The position numbers were made by a program, and so were the translations under genes. Below, in pieces: positions 37,680 through 49,292 of a DNA stretch of 64,000 nt. How positions within the stretch are numbered: the first letter of the stretch is position 1; every line of letters starts with the position of its first letter. Under the pieces are notes generated by a model. It was not told the origin of the DNA and ran no database searches. It saw only the letters and a program-made list of their open reading frames with translations. The stretch is from NCBI GenBank assembly GCA_963765765.1, contig CAVXYC010000023.1:288001-352000 (forward strand), written 5' to 3'. This stretch comes from an uncultured Chloroflexia bacterium. GTDB lineage: Bacteria; Chloroflexota; UBA6077; JACCZL01.

Positions 37680-38851
37680 ATGGCCGGATTTCCCAGAATC
37701 ATCCTCACCGAAGAAGGCATGCGTGACGGGCTGCAGATCGAGAGCGCAGAGATCTCGGTGCAGGACAAGATTCGCCTGCTGGACGCGCTCTCCGAGACCG
37801 GCCTGAAGGAGATCGCGGTCGGCTCCTTCGTGAGCCCGAAGTGGACGCCGCAGATGGCCGAAGTGGACGACCTGGTGAGCGGGTTCCATCCAAAAGAGGC
37901 GTGCGGTACACGTACACGGCGCTGAACGATCGCGGCGTTGAGCGCGCCCGAGCATTCACGCCGCCGCTGTCCGAGCCGGCGCGCCTGCATGGTACGAGCG
38001 TCCACATGTGCGACGTCTTCGTGCAGCGCAACACGAATCGAACGCAGGCGCAGGAGATCGCCCGCTGGCCTGAGCGGATCGCTCGGGCGAAGGAGCACGG
38101 CGCCACGCAGGGCGGCATTGGCCTGGGCGCCGCCTGGGGCTCCAACTGGACCGGCGAGTTCAGCCTGGAACAGCGCATGCACATGCTGGATCGGCAGTAT
38201 CAGCTCTGGGCCGAAGCGGGCATTACGGTCACGCGCGTGGACCTGGCCGACCCGATGAGCTGGAACATGCCGCACCACGTCGAGCGGCAGATCGAGGCGA
38301 TCAAGGACCAATGGCCGTCGATCGTAGACTTCAACCTGCACCTGCACAATGGTCGCGGCATGGCGCTCCCCTCCACGTATGCGGCGCTGCGCGTGCTCGA
38401 GCGGCACGGACACGCTGCGGCTCCAGTCCGCCATCGGCGGCATGGCCGGCTGCCCGTACTGCGGCAATGGTCGCGCGGCGCAGATGATGGCCACCGAGGA
38501 CCTGGTCCATATGCTCGAGGACATGGGCATCAGTACGGGCGTGGACCTGTACAAGCTGATCGAGGTAGTTTGGCTGGCCGAGGAGGTGGTGGGACACCCT
38601 CTGTACGGATTCGTGTCTCGCTGCGGCCCTCGTCCGCGCTATGACAAGCTGTACGCGATGGACATGCCGCGCATCGAAACGCTGGACGAGGCGCGGCACT
38701 TCATCAAGGGACCCGGCGCATACCGGGCGCCCCCTCGCCGTGGAAGGCGCCGATTACGAGCTGGCAGCGGCCCGAGTCACAGATTGCCGAGGCGCCCTCG
38801 TCCAACGGCCACGTGCGCGAGTCGATCGGCGCGGCCGCGGAGCGCCCGTGA
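37680..38851 (+). CDS. HMG-CoA lyase-like DRE-TIM metallolyase (several frameshifts)
   Basis: EEGMRDGLQ, GSFVSPKWTPQMA, LADPM, LHLHNGRG, GGMAGCPYC, ATEDLV. Confidence 0.85.
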
Positions 38852-38875
38852 GCGTTGTAGGCAATGGGAAGGGGC

Positions 38876-38988
38876 CTGTAGCGCGGTGGTCTTGTGCCCC
38901 GCGCCACGATCGCTGTCGAATCCGGGCGCTGTCCGTTCTGACGGGCGGGCTTCCGGGCGCGCGAGGGCACAAGACCACCGCGCTACAG
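38876..38988. repeat. GTAG-type REPIN, same family as 33135-33256
   Basis: ctgtagcgcggtggtcttgtgccc ... gggcacaagaccaccgcgctacag. Confidence 0.8.
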
Positions 38989-39008
38989 AAGCGGCGAGGA
39001 GACGTCGA

Positions 39009-40241
39009 GTGACCGAGTCTGCTTTGCCGCTGGAGGGGCTGAAAGTCCTGGAGCTCAGCCACATCGTGGCCGGCCCTTCATGTGGCCTCATCCTGGCTGA
39101 CCTGGGCGCCGAAGTCATCAAGATCGAGCAGCCCGACACGGGCGATACCTCGCGCAGCCATCCGAACCAGGGCAGCACCTTCTACGCCTACAACCGCAAC
39201 AAGCGCAGCCTGGCGCTCAATCTCAAAAGCGTTGACGGCAAGGAGATCTTCCGCCGGCTCGTAGAGCAATCTGACGTGGTGCTCGATAACTACGCCGCGG
39301 GCGCGTTGAGCCGCCTCGGAGTGGACTACGAGTGGGGCAGCAAAGTCAATCCCCGCATCATCTACTGCTCGCTCAAGGGCTTCTTGCCCGGACCGTACGG
39401 CTCACGGCCGTTTCTGGACGAGCTGGCCCAGATGGCGGGCGGGTTGGCCTATATGACCGGGCCGCCCGGGCGGCCGTTACGCGCCGGCGCTTCCATCGTG
39501 GACATCGGGGCGGCGACGTACGGCGTTGTCGGCATTCTGGCGGCCGTGTATCGTCGACAGGTCACCGGACGGGGCGAGTCCATTCAGTCGGGCCTGTTCG
39601 AGACGACGGTCTTCTGGATGAATCAACACATTGCGCGGGCGCAGCTTTCGGGCATCACGCCGCTGCCATTCGCTGCGCCAAAGGACGGGATGGGCAGCGT
39701 GATGGGCTGGGGCGTCTATCAGCTCTTTCCCACCAGTGACGGACGCGACGTGTTCATTGCCGTGACGGCGAACCGGCACTGGGCGAGCCTGTGTGAAGTA
39801 CTCGGCTTTGACGACTGGGCCAAGGATCCCGGCTTCGACAGCAACACCAAACGAGCGGAGCAGCGCATTCTCATCGCCGAACGGATCGCGGGCGAGACGG
39901 TGAAATACGGCTTCGATGAGCTGACCCGGATGCTGGACGATGCCGAGGTGCCGTATGCACCGGTGAACACGCCGATGGATCTGGTGGACGACCCGCAGAT
40001 GAACGGTCGCGAACACTGGATGCCGCTGGACGTGCCGGGCCACCCGGATCTGAAAGTGCCCGCTCTGCCGATAAGCATGGGCGAGACGCATTTTGAGGTG
40101 CGCCTCCAGCCACCGCGCCTCGGCGAGCACACGGACGAGATCCTGGCATCAATTGGCTATACGCCTGAGGAGATCGAAGCACTGAAAAAGCAGCAGGTTG
40201 TGCGGCGGACGGATGCGCTGCTGAACGTGGAGGATCCGTAG
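39009..40241 (+). CDS. Family III CoA transferase (CaiB/BaiF)
   Basis: PLEGLKVLELSHIVAGP, LADLGAEVIKIE, NRNKRS, PPRLGEHT. Confidence 0.95.
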   Translation: MTESALPLEGLKVLELSHIVAGPSCGLILADLGAEVIKIEQPDTGDTSRSHPNQGSTFYAYNRNKRSLALNLKSVDGKEIFRRLVEQSDVVLDNYAAGALSRLGVDYEWGSKVNPRIIYCSLKGFLPGPYGSRPFLDELAQMAGGLAYMTGPPGRPLRAGASIVDIGAATYGVVGILAAVYRRQVTGRGESIQSGLFETTVFWMNQHIARAQLSGITPLPFAAPKDGMGSVMGWGVYQLFPTSDGRDVFIAVTANRHWASLCEVLGFDDWAKDPGFDSNTKRAEQRILIAERIAGETVKYGFDELTRMLDDAEVPYAPVNTPMDLVDDPQMNGREHWMPLDVPGHPDLKVPALPISMGETHFEVRLQPPRLGEHTDEILASIGYTPEEIEALKKQQVVRRTDALLNVEDP

Positions 40242-40262
40242 GTCGTCCTGCAGTCGCGAGAC

Positions 40263-40366
40263 GACCCCACCCAGCCCTCCCCGCTGCGGCAGGGAGGGAG
40301 CCGGATTCTCCTTAATTCCTAAACACGCTCCCTCCCTGCCGCAGCGGGGAGGGCTGGGGTGGGGTC
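40263..40366. repeat. CCCTCCCC...GGGAGGG-type REP inverted pair
   Basis: gaccccacccagccctccccgctgcggcagggagggagc ... gctccctccctgccgcagcggggagggctggggtggggtc. Confidence 0.8.
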
Positions 40367-40376
40367 CCCGATCAGA

Positions 40377-40824
40377 TCACAACGTCCACGCCGGATCGCC
40401 ACCCTGCCCAACCAGACTCGGGTCCTCGCGCCAGCGCGCGGGCTGGACGTCTATGTAGATCTCCACTTGATTACCGTCTGGGTCTCGCAGGTAGATACTG
40501 TGGGACTCGCCGTGATCGGTGATGCGATCGATCTTGACGTCTTCGGCCTTCAGCTCAGCAAGGGCCGCGCGTAGCTCATCGTCGGTGTCACCGACCTTGA
40601 GCGCAAAGTGGCTCATTCCCAGCGAGCGGCGCTCTGGCAGCAGGTCCGGCGTCTGGTCCAGCCTGGACCAGCAGCAGCTCATGGTGCGTGCGGCCGGACG
40701 AGAACATGACGCTCCGCTCACCCTCACGGACAGGGCGGAATCCCAGCACGTCGCCATAGAAGTGCACCGACTTCGCCAGGTCGGAAACCGTCAGCACCAC
40801 GTGTCCGAGCTCATGAACTTCCAT
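40377..40824 (-). CDS. VOC/glyoxalase family protein (frameshift near 40660)
   Basis: LGHVVLTVSDL..FYGDVLG, THHEL; SHFALKV, SIYLRDPDGNQVE. Confidence 0.9.
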
Positions 40825-40991
40825 TCGCAGCACCTCCACCCATGTTCTGAATCGTCTGCTTCGCAGCATACGCCCGGACACTACCAGTCCGCACGTGGCT
40901 CGAGCTTGATGGACTAACTCAACCAGTACGTTTGTGCTTGACGGAGGCAAAGGATTGGCGCAAGGTCTAGCCAGATTAATTGGAGCATCCT

Positions 40992-42071
40992 ATGCGTCAA
41001 TTAGCATGCGCTCTCACTATTGCAACGCTATTCATAGTGCCGATCTCAAGCGACGCGGTGATGGCCCGAGGCCCCATGCCGCTCGGTTGGGAGCAACTGC
41101 CGCTGCCGCAATCGGTGTTGCGGTTAGATGCACCGCGAACGGGTGCGTTATTCGCCAGAACATCGAGCGAGCTTCTGCGCAGCGAGGACGGCGGAATGTC
41201 CTGGCTATCCGTGCCGCTGCCACCCGGGCCTTCGATCGGCAATGCCGCGGTTGATGCGGTTGTGGTTGACCCAACGGACCAGTCGGTACTCTTCGCGGCC
41301 GGCCGGGAAGGGATCTATCGCTCCGTCGGCGAATCGGTCAACTGGACCCTGGTGCTGCAATCGAATGTTCCAGTTCTTCGAATCTCCGTGAGCGCGGCTA
41401 ACCCGCGCATTGTGTACGCGGCCATGGCGCAGGGCAGCGGCAGCTTCCAGGTATGGAGAAGCGATGATCGAGGGGAGAACTGGACGCAGATCGAGGGCCC
41501 CCTCAACGGAGCCGTCTGTATCTGGGAGGCACCCATCCTGGCTCCCCATGCCAGCGTTGCCGATCTGGTGTTCGGCTCATGGACGTGCATGGCTGGACGA
41601 GAGCTTTTCGGCGGCGGCTCGGTCCGGAGAAGTCTGGATCGCGGCGCGAATTGGACCGAGGTTCTGCGACGGTCCACATATTTCCCGCGCCTGCTGGTGA
41701 GCGCCCCGACGAACTCGAGCCGCGCCTATCTCATCGAAAATCGCGGCGCCGCCCCGGGCGACGGGTTCATGGTGCGCTCCGATGACGGTGGCGTGACCTG
41801 GACAGATGTCTTCGCGTCGGACACGGATGAGAGCCTGGGTGGTCTGGCTGTGGATCCCGCACAGGCTGACCGTGTGGCGGTGGGCACCCGGCGCCAATCA
41901 GGGGATGGCCAGGTGTGGCTCTCGACAAACGCCGGGAACGCCTGGACCCAGCTCGGCTCGCCCGAGATCGGCTCGGTCCAGAGCCTGGCATTCAGCGCGG
42001 ATCGTGCCTATCTCTTCGCGTCGACGATACGTGGAGTATTTCGCTATTCTCTGGCGGATATTGGAGGCTGA
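40992..42071 (+). CDS. Secreted BNR/Asp-box beta-propeller protein
   Basis: Signal peptide; repeated S-x-D-x-G-x-[ST]-W (RSEDGGMSW, RSDDRGENW, RSLDRGANW, RSDDGGVTW). Confidence 0.85.
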   Translation: MRQLACALTIATLFIVPISSDAVMARGPMPLGWEQLPLPQSVLRLDAPRTGALFARTSSELLRSEDGGMSWLSVPLPPGPSIGNAAVDAVVVDPTDQSVLFAAGREGIYRSVGESVNWTLVLQSNVPVLRISVSAANPRIVYAAMAQGSGSFQVWRSDDRGENWTQIEGPLNGAVCIWEAPILAPHASVADLVFGSWTCMAGRELFGGGSVRRSLDRGANWTEVLRRSTYFPRLLVSAPTNSSRAYLIENRGAAPGDGFMVRSDDGGVTWTDVFASDTDESLGGLAVDPAQADRVAVGTRRQSGDGQVWLSTNAGNAWTQLGSPEIGSVQSLAFSADRAYLFASTIRGVFRYSLADIGG

Positions 42072-42287
42072 TTCTCCGTGACGAATTCTTTGACCCCTTA
42101 AATTCCGGTGGCCCGCTTGGACGACGTCGCTCCTGCTAACGAAGCTGGATGTCCTGTCAATCTACGGTCGCGAGATTATTTGGTCTTGGAATTTCACCAA
42201 CCGCCTTGGCCCAGGCGGACCGAGCTTATCCCTCGAAGGGGCCTTAAATAGGCCCCGGGCAGCGATTAACACCCTAAGGGGGACGAC

Positions 42288-43760
42288 ATGGCGGTGCGAA
42301 CCGGCGCCAGTATCTGGAAGGACTGAGAGACAGCCGCGAGATCTGGTTCGAGGGCGAGCGCGTCGCCGACGTGACCGCGCACCCGATCCTGGGCCGAACT
42401 GCCGCGACGCTCGCCGCGCTCTACGACCTGCAGTGCGACCCGACCTTCGCGACGAGATGACCTACGCGTCGCCCACCACCGGCGACCCGGTCAGCATGGC
42501 ATTCATCCAGCCGCGATCGCCCGACGACCTGGTCCGTCGACGGCGGATGTTCAAACGCTGGGCTGATTCGAGTGGTGGCATGCTCGGCCGCACGCCGGAC
42601 TTCCTGAACGCCATGCTGGCCGCCTGCGCATGCAGTGCCCCGTACTTCGGCCGCAACGGGGCCGAGTTCGCCGAGCGCATCGCTGCCTACTACGAGCTGT
42701 GCCGCGAGCGCGACCTCTGCGCCACCCACGCCCTCGTCGATCCGCAGAATCAACCGCGCGCGCACGCAGTCCCAGCAGGCTGATCCCAGACGTGCCCCTC
42801 CACATCGTCGGGCGAGAGCTCCGAGGGGCTCGTGGTGAGCGGCGCCCGCATGCTGGCGACCCTGGCGCCCTACGCGGACGAGGTGCTCATCTTCCCCTCG
42901 CCGTCGCGAACCGACCCGAGCGATGCCCCGCGATATGCGTTCGCGTTCGCCGCCCCGGTCACGCTGCCCGGGCTCAAGTTCATCTGCCGCGAGAGCTTCG
43001 ACATCGGCCGCTCCGACGATGGACCACCCCTCGTCGAGCCGCTACGAGGAGATGGACGCCGATCGTGATCTTCGAGGAGGCGGTCATCCCCTGGGAGCGC
43101 GTGTTTCTTAAGGGCGACATCGGGCTGTGCAACCGGCTGTTCCGCGAGACGCCCGTCCTCATGCACGGGGTCCACCAGTTCACGACGAAGAACGTGGCCA
43201 AGGCCGAGTTCGTGCTCGGGGTCGCGAGCCTGGTGGCCGAGGCGATCGGGCGGACGGAGATGCCGGCGTATCAGCAGCTTCTCGGTGAGATCGTGGACGC
43301 GATCGTGACGCTGCGATCCTTCGTCCGAGCCGCCGAGGCCGACGCCGTGCGCGACGAGCTCGGCTACTACCACCCGAATCCCGAGATCATGGGCACGGCG
43401 CGGAACTACTTCCCGCGCGTCTACCCGCGGCTCATCGAGATTCTCCAGCTCATCGGATCAAGCGGGCTCATGGCCACGCCGACGGAACGCGACTTCGAGC
43501 AGCCGGAGCTGGCGGCGGACATCGAACGGTACTACCAGGGAGCGACGCTCGGCGGTCGTGACCGCGTGCGGCTCTTTCGGCTGGCCTGGGACCTCGCGTG
43601 CAGCTCTTTCGCGGGGCGTCAGGTCCTTTACGAGCGCTTCTTCGCCGGGGACCTCAGCACCAACCTCCAGGCCCGCTTCCGCGCGTACGATCGGAGCGAA
43701 ATTACCGAGCGCGTGCGGTCACTCCTCGATCGATCCTCCGGAGCCGGCACATCGGCATGA
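42288..43760 (+). CDS. hpaB: 4-hydroxyphenylacetate 3-monooxygenase oxygenase-like protein (multiple frameshifts)
   Basis: MAVRTG start, GGMLGRTPDF, THALVDP, VSGARMLATL, GLKFICRES, PWERVF, FRLAWD, GRQVLYERFF. Confidence 0.85.
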
Positions 43761-44011
43761 TGGTCCCCGAACCAGCACGTTGAATCGTGATGCACGGTCG
43801 ATGCGGTCAACCCATTGCGCGGCCCGGACAATACCAGGGGCCGAGTGGGGCGCTTGCGCGGAAGGTCCTTGCAGAATGACGATTGGGTGGCCGTGGAAGG
43901 GGAGATGCGAAATTGAGATCCGAACATCATGGCGAGGAGCGGGCGAAAGACGCACACGAGTACCAGGGCGGGTTTTGAGGGAATCGCAATAGTGTTAGTG
44001 AAACACCCATC

Positions 44012-47000
44012 GTGACGCTTTCTGATGGGCTTTACGACGCGCTGGTCACTGGCTCTTTGGCTCAGGATGTTGAATCGCTTGCCGAACCCGAGCGTACGCT
44101 GGAGAAGTTGTCACCGATCGACGCCGCATCTCGGCTCAGTGACGCACTGTCGCGTCAACTCGAGAGAGTCCTGGATGACCTGAGTGGGTCAGAGCCCGAA
44201 AAGGCCAAGCGTCAACTCGAGCTCATCAATGGTTTGCTGGCTCATATCCGTCGCGCAGCCGAGGGGACGCAAGACGCGGTCGATTCCATTCCAGAACCGC
44301 CACACGTACTACGTGGGGTTCATCGGACGCGCGTGCCGGTCGTATCTCCAGAAACCGGCCTGGCGAAGCCCTGGCTTTTTACGGCTGGGAAGGATTCCCC
44401 GTCACTCCTCTCCGAACTGCGGAGGGAGATAGGAAGCTGCGATCAGATCGACGTCCTGGTGAGCTTCATCACACAGGCAGGCGTCCGAAAGATGCTCGAT
44501 ATTCTGCGGCTTGCCACCGCCACCGATGCACGGGGGCAGCAACGCACGCGCGTTCGAGTGTTGACAACCACCTACACCGGCGCGACCGAGCAGGCAGCGA
44601 TCGACGCACTTTCCGCTCTTCCGGGGTGCGAGGTCAGGATTTCTCTCGATGGCCGGCGGAGCCGTCTGCACGCTAAGGCCTGGATCTTTCATCGAAACAC
44701 CGGATTCGGTTCCGCGTACGTCGGGAGCTCGAACCTCTCAGGCGCAGCCTTGCTGGGCGGACTTGAGTGGACAGTGAAGTTCACCCAACGAGGCGATGAG
44801 GCGATGTTCGAACGAGCCCGCGCCCATTTCGAGACGCTGTGGAACGATGATGAGTTTCAAGCCTATGACGCGTCCAACACGGAGCACCGAGTAGCACTGA
44901 AACAGGCGCTCGTCCGCGAGTCCGGCGGCTCACTTATCGCGCAACCGACCTTCTTCGACCTCCAGCCGAAATCATACCAACAGGAAATGTTGGATCAGCT
45001 CCAGCTTGAGCGAGAGCACGGTCGGAACCGAAATCTGGTCGTGGCGGCCACAGGAACAGGTAAGACCGTGGTCGCGGCGTTCGACTACCGGCGGGAATCT
45101 GGTGGAGGGAGCGTTCCCCCGCCTGCTTTTCGTCGCGCATCGACAGGAGATTCGACCTCAGTCATTGCGAACCTACCGCGAGGTGCTTCGAGACATTCCT
45201 TCGGCGACGTTCTCGGCGGCGGAAACCAACCGGACTCATTCGATCATCTGTTTGCAACGATTGACGGCGTTGCGATTGGTGCACTCGTTGACCGTTTCGG
45301 AACGGATTATTGGGACACTGTGGTCATCGACGAATGCCATCGTATGGCCTCTAGTCGCTTCCACCAGCTCGCGACCACGATACAGCCGCGCGTCATGCTC
45401 GGCCTTACGGCTACACCTGAGCGCGCGGATGGGCAATCGATCCTGCCGTACTTCAGCAACCTCCCGGACGGCTCACCGGCCGTTGAGCTACGTCTCTGGA
45501 GCGCGCTCGACCTGCAGCTACTGGCGCCGTTCGAGTACTACGGGATTGACGATGGGACCGACTTCTCGGAAGTGCCGTGGGGGCGCACGGATGAGGAGGT
45601 TCGGGCCATCGATCGGCTCGTTACTGGAAATCATGCACGCGCCCGCCTGGTTATTGACGAGTGGCAGCGGCTCACGGGCGACGCTGCAGCCTCGAAGACG
45701 TTGGTGTTCTGTATCTCTGTTGCACACGCGCAGTACATGACGCAGATGCTCGAACGGCCGGTTTACCCACGCTCTGTATTACGGGCGATACGCCCCGGAC
45801 CAGCGTCGGCGGGCGCCTGCAATGCTCCGGAACGGGAAGGTCTGCGCGCTGGTCACGGTGGATCTTTTCAACGAAGGTATTGATCTGCCCGAGGTGGACA
45901 CGCTGCTGCTGTTGCGTCCGACACAGAGCCCCGTTGTATTTCAGCAGCAGATCGGACGAGGTCATCGACTTGCGCCAGGGAAAGAGAGCTGCTTGATACT
46001 CGATTTCGTCGGCCGACACCGAGCGGAATTCCGATTTGATCGTCTATTTACCCCGCTCACCGGCCTCTCACCCGACGGGAACTGGAGCGATCGGTCCAGG
46101 ATGGCTTTTCGCAGCTTCCAGCAGGCTGCCATTTCCAACTTGGACGACTCACGCGTGAACAAGTTCTGAGGAACCTACGCACCCTATCGCAACAGACCTG
46201 GACTCGCCTTCGTACTGAGCTTCAGGGGTACGCTGCACTCGGTCGGCCAATTCGACTCGGGAGTTTCCTCACCGAGCAAGCGATCGATTTGGACGATCTC
46301 TATCGCGAATCTGGGGCGAGTGGTTGGACGGCGCTTAAGCGCGCGGCCGGTCTGCACGGAGAATCGGAGAGCGCAGAAGAACAGTACTTTGGCAGACGAT
46401 TCTCGGCATTGCTTCATGAGGCACGACCCGGAACAGATACACCTCCTGCGCCAGGTGGCGGACCCGTCGATCCAGTACTCCGCCTCAGGTCAACGGGACC
46501 TTGATCGTTTGCAGATGCTGGCCTACGAGGTGGACGGGACAAATGACCGTGTCGGTTCCGGAGACGAGTTCCTAGAACGCTTACGTTCCGCTCCCGCGAT
46601 GCTCACGGAGCTTGGAGAACTTGGTGAGGTTCTCGATGCCCGCGCGCGCTTGCTATACCGTCCGCTTCCTGATGCTGAAGACATCGCGATGTGTCTCCAT
46701 GCACGCTACTCGCGCCGAGAGATTCTGACCGCGTTCGGCTGGTACACGGCCGGGAGGCGGCCTCCCTCGCAGAGTGGCGTGCTTGCCCTCCCGGATCGCA
46801 GGACGGAGCTTCTGTTTGTAACCTTGGATAAAAGCAGTGGCTTCCATGATCGCATCGCTTACCGGGACCACGCGGTCAGCCCCGAAAAGTTTCACTGGCA
46901 GAGTCAGAATTCGGCCGCTCCATCGACCGTCGCCGGCCGTTGATACATCGAGAGCCCCGGAAACGGTTGGACCTTTCAGCTCTTTGTACGGGGCCGCCAG

Positions 47001-47162
47001 GACGACGCGTATGTGGCTCTCGGACCAGGTATCCTTGAGCACTACGAAGGCGCGAAGCCGATGAGTATTGTTTGGAAGCTTAGGGAACGTATGCCGCCAC
47101 GCCAATTCGAGGAATTTAGCGTTCTGCGAGGAGGTAACGCTATAGCGAGCCAATCGAATTGA
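44012..47162 (+). CDS. PLD nuclease-SF2 helicase-DUF3427 protein (SauUSI-like type IV restriction enzyme); several frameshifts and one in-frame TGA at 46941
   Basis: RLHAKAW..YVGSSNLS PLD motif; AATGTGKT, DECH, LTATPER, VDLFNEGIDLP, QQIGRG; C-terminal LFVTLDKS..YRDHAVS..FHWQSQN..KPMSIVW. Confidence 0.85.
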
Positions 47163-47203
47163 CGCTATTGCGAACCAACTTTCCAAGCGTTGTTGAGTGA
47201 CTA

Positions 47204-47467
47204 ATGTCCCGCGTCGTTACGCCTTTCGAGCAAATCTGCGCCGCCATGGTTGAAGCTATGGATCCTGACCTTCGCCTGGCCGGCGCGGAACTTGAGTTCA
47301 TGGCCGCCGATATCGCGAGGCGAATTTCGCCCGTTGCGGACGATGCCCGCGCTACTGTGCTGACGACGGACCGTTTGATTACGGTTCTGTACGCTGAGGC
47401 GGGTAAGCCATACGGTCCCGGCCCAGAGGCGCGTTGGCGGTGGTTCTTCGAACGAGTGGACGCTTGA
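47204..47467 (+). CDS. Hypothetical protein (87 aa)
   Basis: ATG ORF co-oriented just after the restriction gene, protein-like composition; no motif recognised. Confidence 0.45.
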   Translation: MSRVVTPFEQICAAMVEAMDPDLRLAGAELEFMAADIARRISPVADDARATVLTTDRLITVLYAEAGKPYGPGPEARWRWFFERVDA

Positions 47468-47570
47468 CTAAGAGCAACGTTTGCTCGTGGCGGGCAGCGT
47501 GTCAAATGGCGGACCGGCGGTGATCGACCCGCGACTGCCATGATGGGCACCAAGATTCGGGCGATGTTCC

Positions 47571-48029
47571 CTACGGCCCGTCAAGAAGCTCGTCAAGCAG
47601 CAGCACATCGAAGCGCGTTCGGGCTCTTGCGAGCGTTCGATCGTTCGTGACGAATGCGGTCGCCTCGTGAATGATGGCGGTGGCAACGACGAGAGCGTCC
47701 GGGGGCCTTAGATTTAGCGTCGCTCGCAGTCGGGCGGCTTCCCGGGCAACATCTCGCGTGACATCCGCGATCGACAGATTGGGGAAATTCACGATGAGGG
47801 CTTCGTACTCTGCCGCTACGGCCCCCGCGTTCAATTTCCAGGGGTGGACTAGTATTTCCATGATGGAGACGGTGGAGAGCACCGCTGACCAGATCCCTGC
47901 CTCCACGCCCGCGAATAGCTCGGTAGTCAACGCCAGATATCGGCGGTTTGCTTCGAAGTGGTAGATGAATATGGTGGTATCGAGAGCAATGCGGCTGTGC
48001 GCGGCTAGTCGTTCGCCGACTTGTCCCAC
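47571..48029 (-). CDS. vapC: VapC/PIN toxin
   Basis: IALDTTIFIY, STVSIMEIL, LRPPDALVVATA, FVTND. Confidence 0.9.
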   Translation of the reverse strand: MGQVGERLAAHSRIALDTTIFIYHFEANRRYLALTTELFAGVEAGIWSAVLSTVSIMEILVHPWKLNAGAVAAEYEALIVNFPNLSIADVTRDVAREAARLRATLNLRPPDALVVATAIIHEATAFVTNDRTLARARTRFDVLLLDELLDGP

Positions 48030-48259
48030 GCGTTCCGCTCGCCCTCCAGATAAGCCTCGGCATCGACATCCTGCCAAATCTCGTTGTGGAGACCCGCGAG
48101 CCGATCGGTGTAGCTCGACGGTTCTGGTACGAGTATGAGGACGCCATCTTGAACATCCACGAGAAGGCGGTCTCCCTGCTTGATGTTGAGCCGCTCCCGC
48201 GCCGAGCTGGGTACGGCTATCTGAAATCGCCGGCTCACCTTTACTGTCTGCGAAGACAC
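48005..48259 (-). CDS. AbrB/MazE/SpoVT family antitoxin
   Basis: VKVSRRFQIAVPSSARERLNIKQGD; overlaps toxin start. Confidence 0.9.
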   Translation of the reverse strand: MSSQTVKVSRRFQIAVPSSARERLNIKQGDRLLVDVQDGVLILVPEPSSYTDRLAGLHNEIWQDVDAEAYLEGERNAWDKSAND

Positions 48260-48273
48260 TACATGACTCCTAT

Positions 48274-48301
48274 GCTTAGTAATTGTAGCATTCTGCTAAG
48301 C
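48274..48301. promoter_or_regulatory. Imperfect inverted repeat, probable TA autoregulatory operator
   Basis: gcttagta ... tgctaagc in the AT-rich promoter of the antitoxin. Confidence 0.45.
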
Positions 48302-48410
48302 AGTGGCGGCCGGGCAGCTTCGTGTGGACGCGCTCCGCTACGATTGCGCGGATGTAGCCGGTCAGCAACACTATGAGCGCGCAATCGAATCTTCGTAGGG
48401 AGTGACTACT

Positions 48411-49172
48411 ATGGCGTTCTTCGAAAAGGGCGAGGTCCGCATCCGCTACGAAGAGGTCGGCTCCGGTTTCCCGTTGCTACTCATAGCGGGCGGGGGATTG
48501 AACGCGACACTCGACTTTTTCAAAGGCAACGCACCGTTCGATGTGTTGCAAGAGTTCAAGGATCGGTACCGCTGCATCACGATGGACCTGCGCAACGCCC
48601 CGGGCGGAGAGTCAGTCGGCCCGCTCGAGATTGATAGGCCCTGGGATGCATACGCCGATGACCAGCTCGGCCTGATGGATCATCTGGGCATCGATCAGTT
48701 CATGGTGCTGGGGTTCTGCATCGGCGGGCCGTTCATCTGGAACCTACTGCGGCTGGCGCCTGAGCGTATCGTCGCGGCAGTGTTGGCTCAGCCCAGCGGA
48801 TTCCGTCCGGAGATGCCCGACCTTTTCTATAACAACAACATTTCCAGATGGGGACCAGCGTTGTGTGCCCGCCGATCCGACATCACGATGGAGATGGTCG
48901 ACGCATTCCTGAACAAGATGTACCGATCGGATGCGGACTTTGTCTTTACCGTGACCCGCGACTTCGTGCGCTCGTGTCAGACGCCGGTGCTTGTCCTGCC
49001 AGACGACATTCCGGAACACCCGTACGCCGTGGCTATGGAAACCGTGCGCCTCGCACCGAATGCTCAAGTAAGCATCTACCCCTGGAAAAGACCGCCCGAG
49101 CTGATTCCCCAAGCCGTGGAACAGGTGCGCGACTTTCTCCGCGCGCACACCCCGGAAGCCGTTACTCGCTGA
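48411..49172 (+). CDS. Alpha/beta hydrolase with Cys nucleophile elbow
   Basis: GSGFPLLL, MDLRNA, GFCIGG, PDDIPEH. Confidence 0.88.
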   Translation: MAFFEKGEVRIRYEEVGSGFPLLLIAGGGLNATLDFFKGNAPFDVLQEFKDRYRCITMDLRNAPGGESVGPLEIDRPWDAYADDQLGLMDHLGIDQFMVLGFCIGGPFIWNLLRLAPERIVAAVLAQPSGFRPEMPDLFYNNNISRWGPALCARRSDITMEMVDAFLNKMYRSDADFVFTVTRDFVRSCQTPVLVLPDDIPEHPYAVAMETVRLAPNAQVSIYPWKRPPELIPQAVEQVRDFLRAHTPEAVTR

Positions 49173-49292
49173 AGTTGGCGCCGTTGGGCATGCGAAGGGC
49201 TAGGCCCGCGCTTGATAGTGAGCGCTTCTTAAGACGCCCCCGTACGGGGGCGGATCCGTATCTCCGCGAGAATTTGTTGGTGCGGAGCGCTG

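Noticed and set aside
27278-38988. Recurrent ~30-bp repeats as a CRISPR array
   Set aside because: They are dispersed inverted doublets, not regularly spaced direct repeats; no cas genes
38349-40241. 630-aa lyase-CoA transferase fusion ORF
   Set aside because: The linker runs through a REPIN and arises from a frameshift near 38720; CoA transferase has its own RBS and GTG at 39009
46941-46943. TGA recoding (selenocysteine/readthrough) in the DUF3427 domain
   Set aside because: Position expects Arg (CGA to TGA); simpler as an error or nonsense mutation
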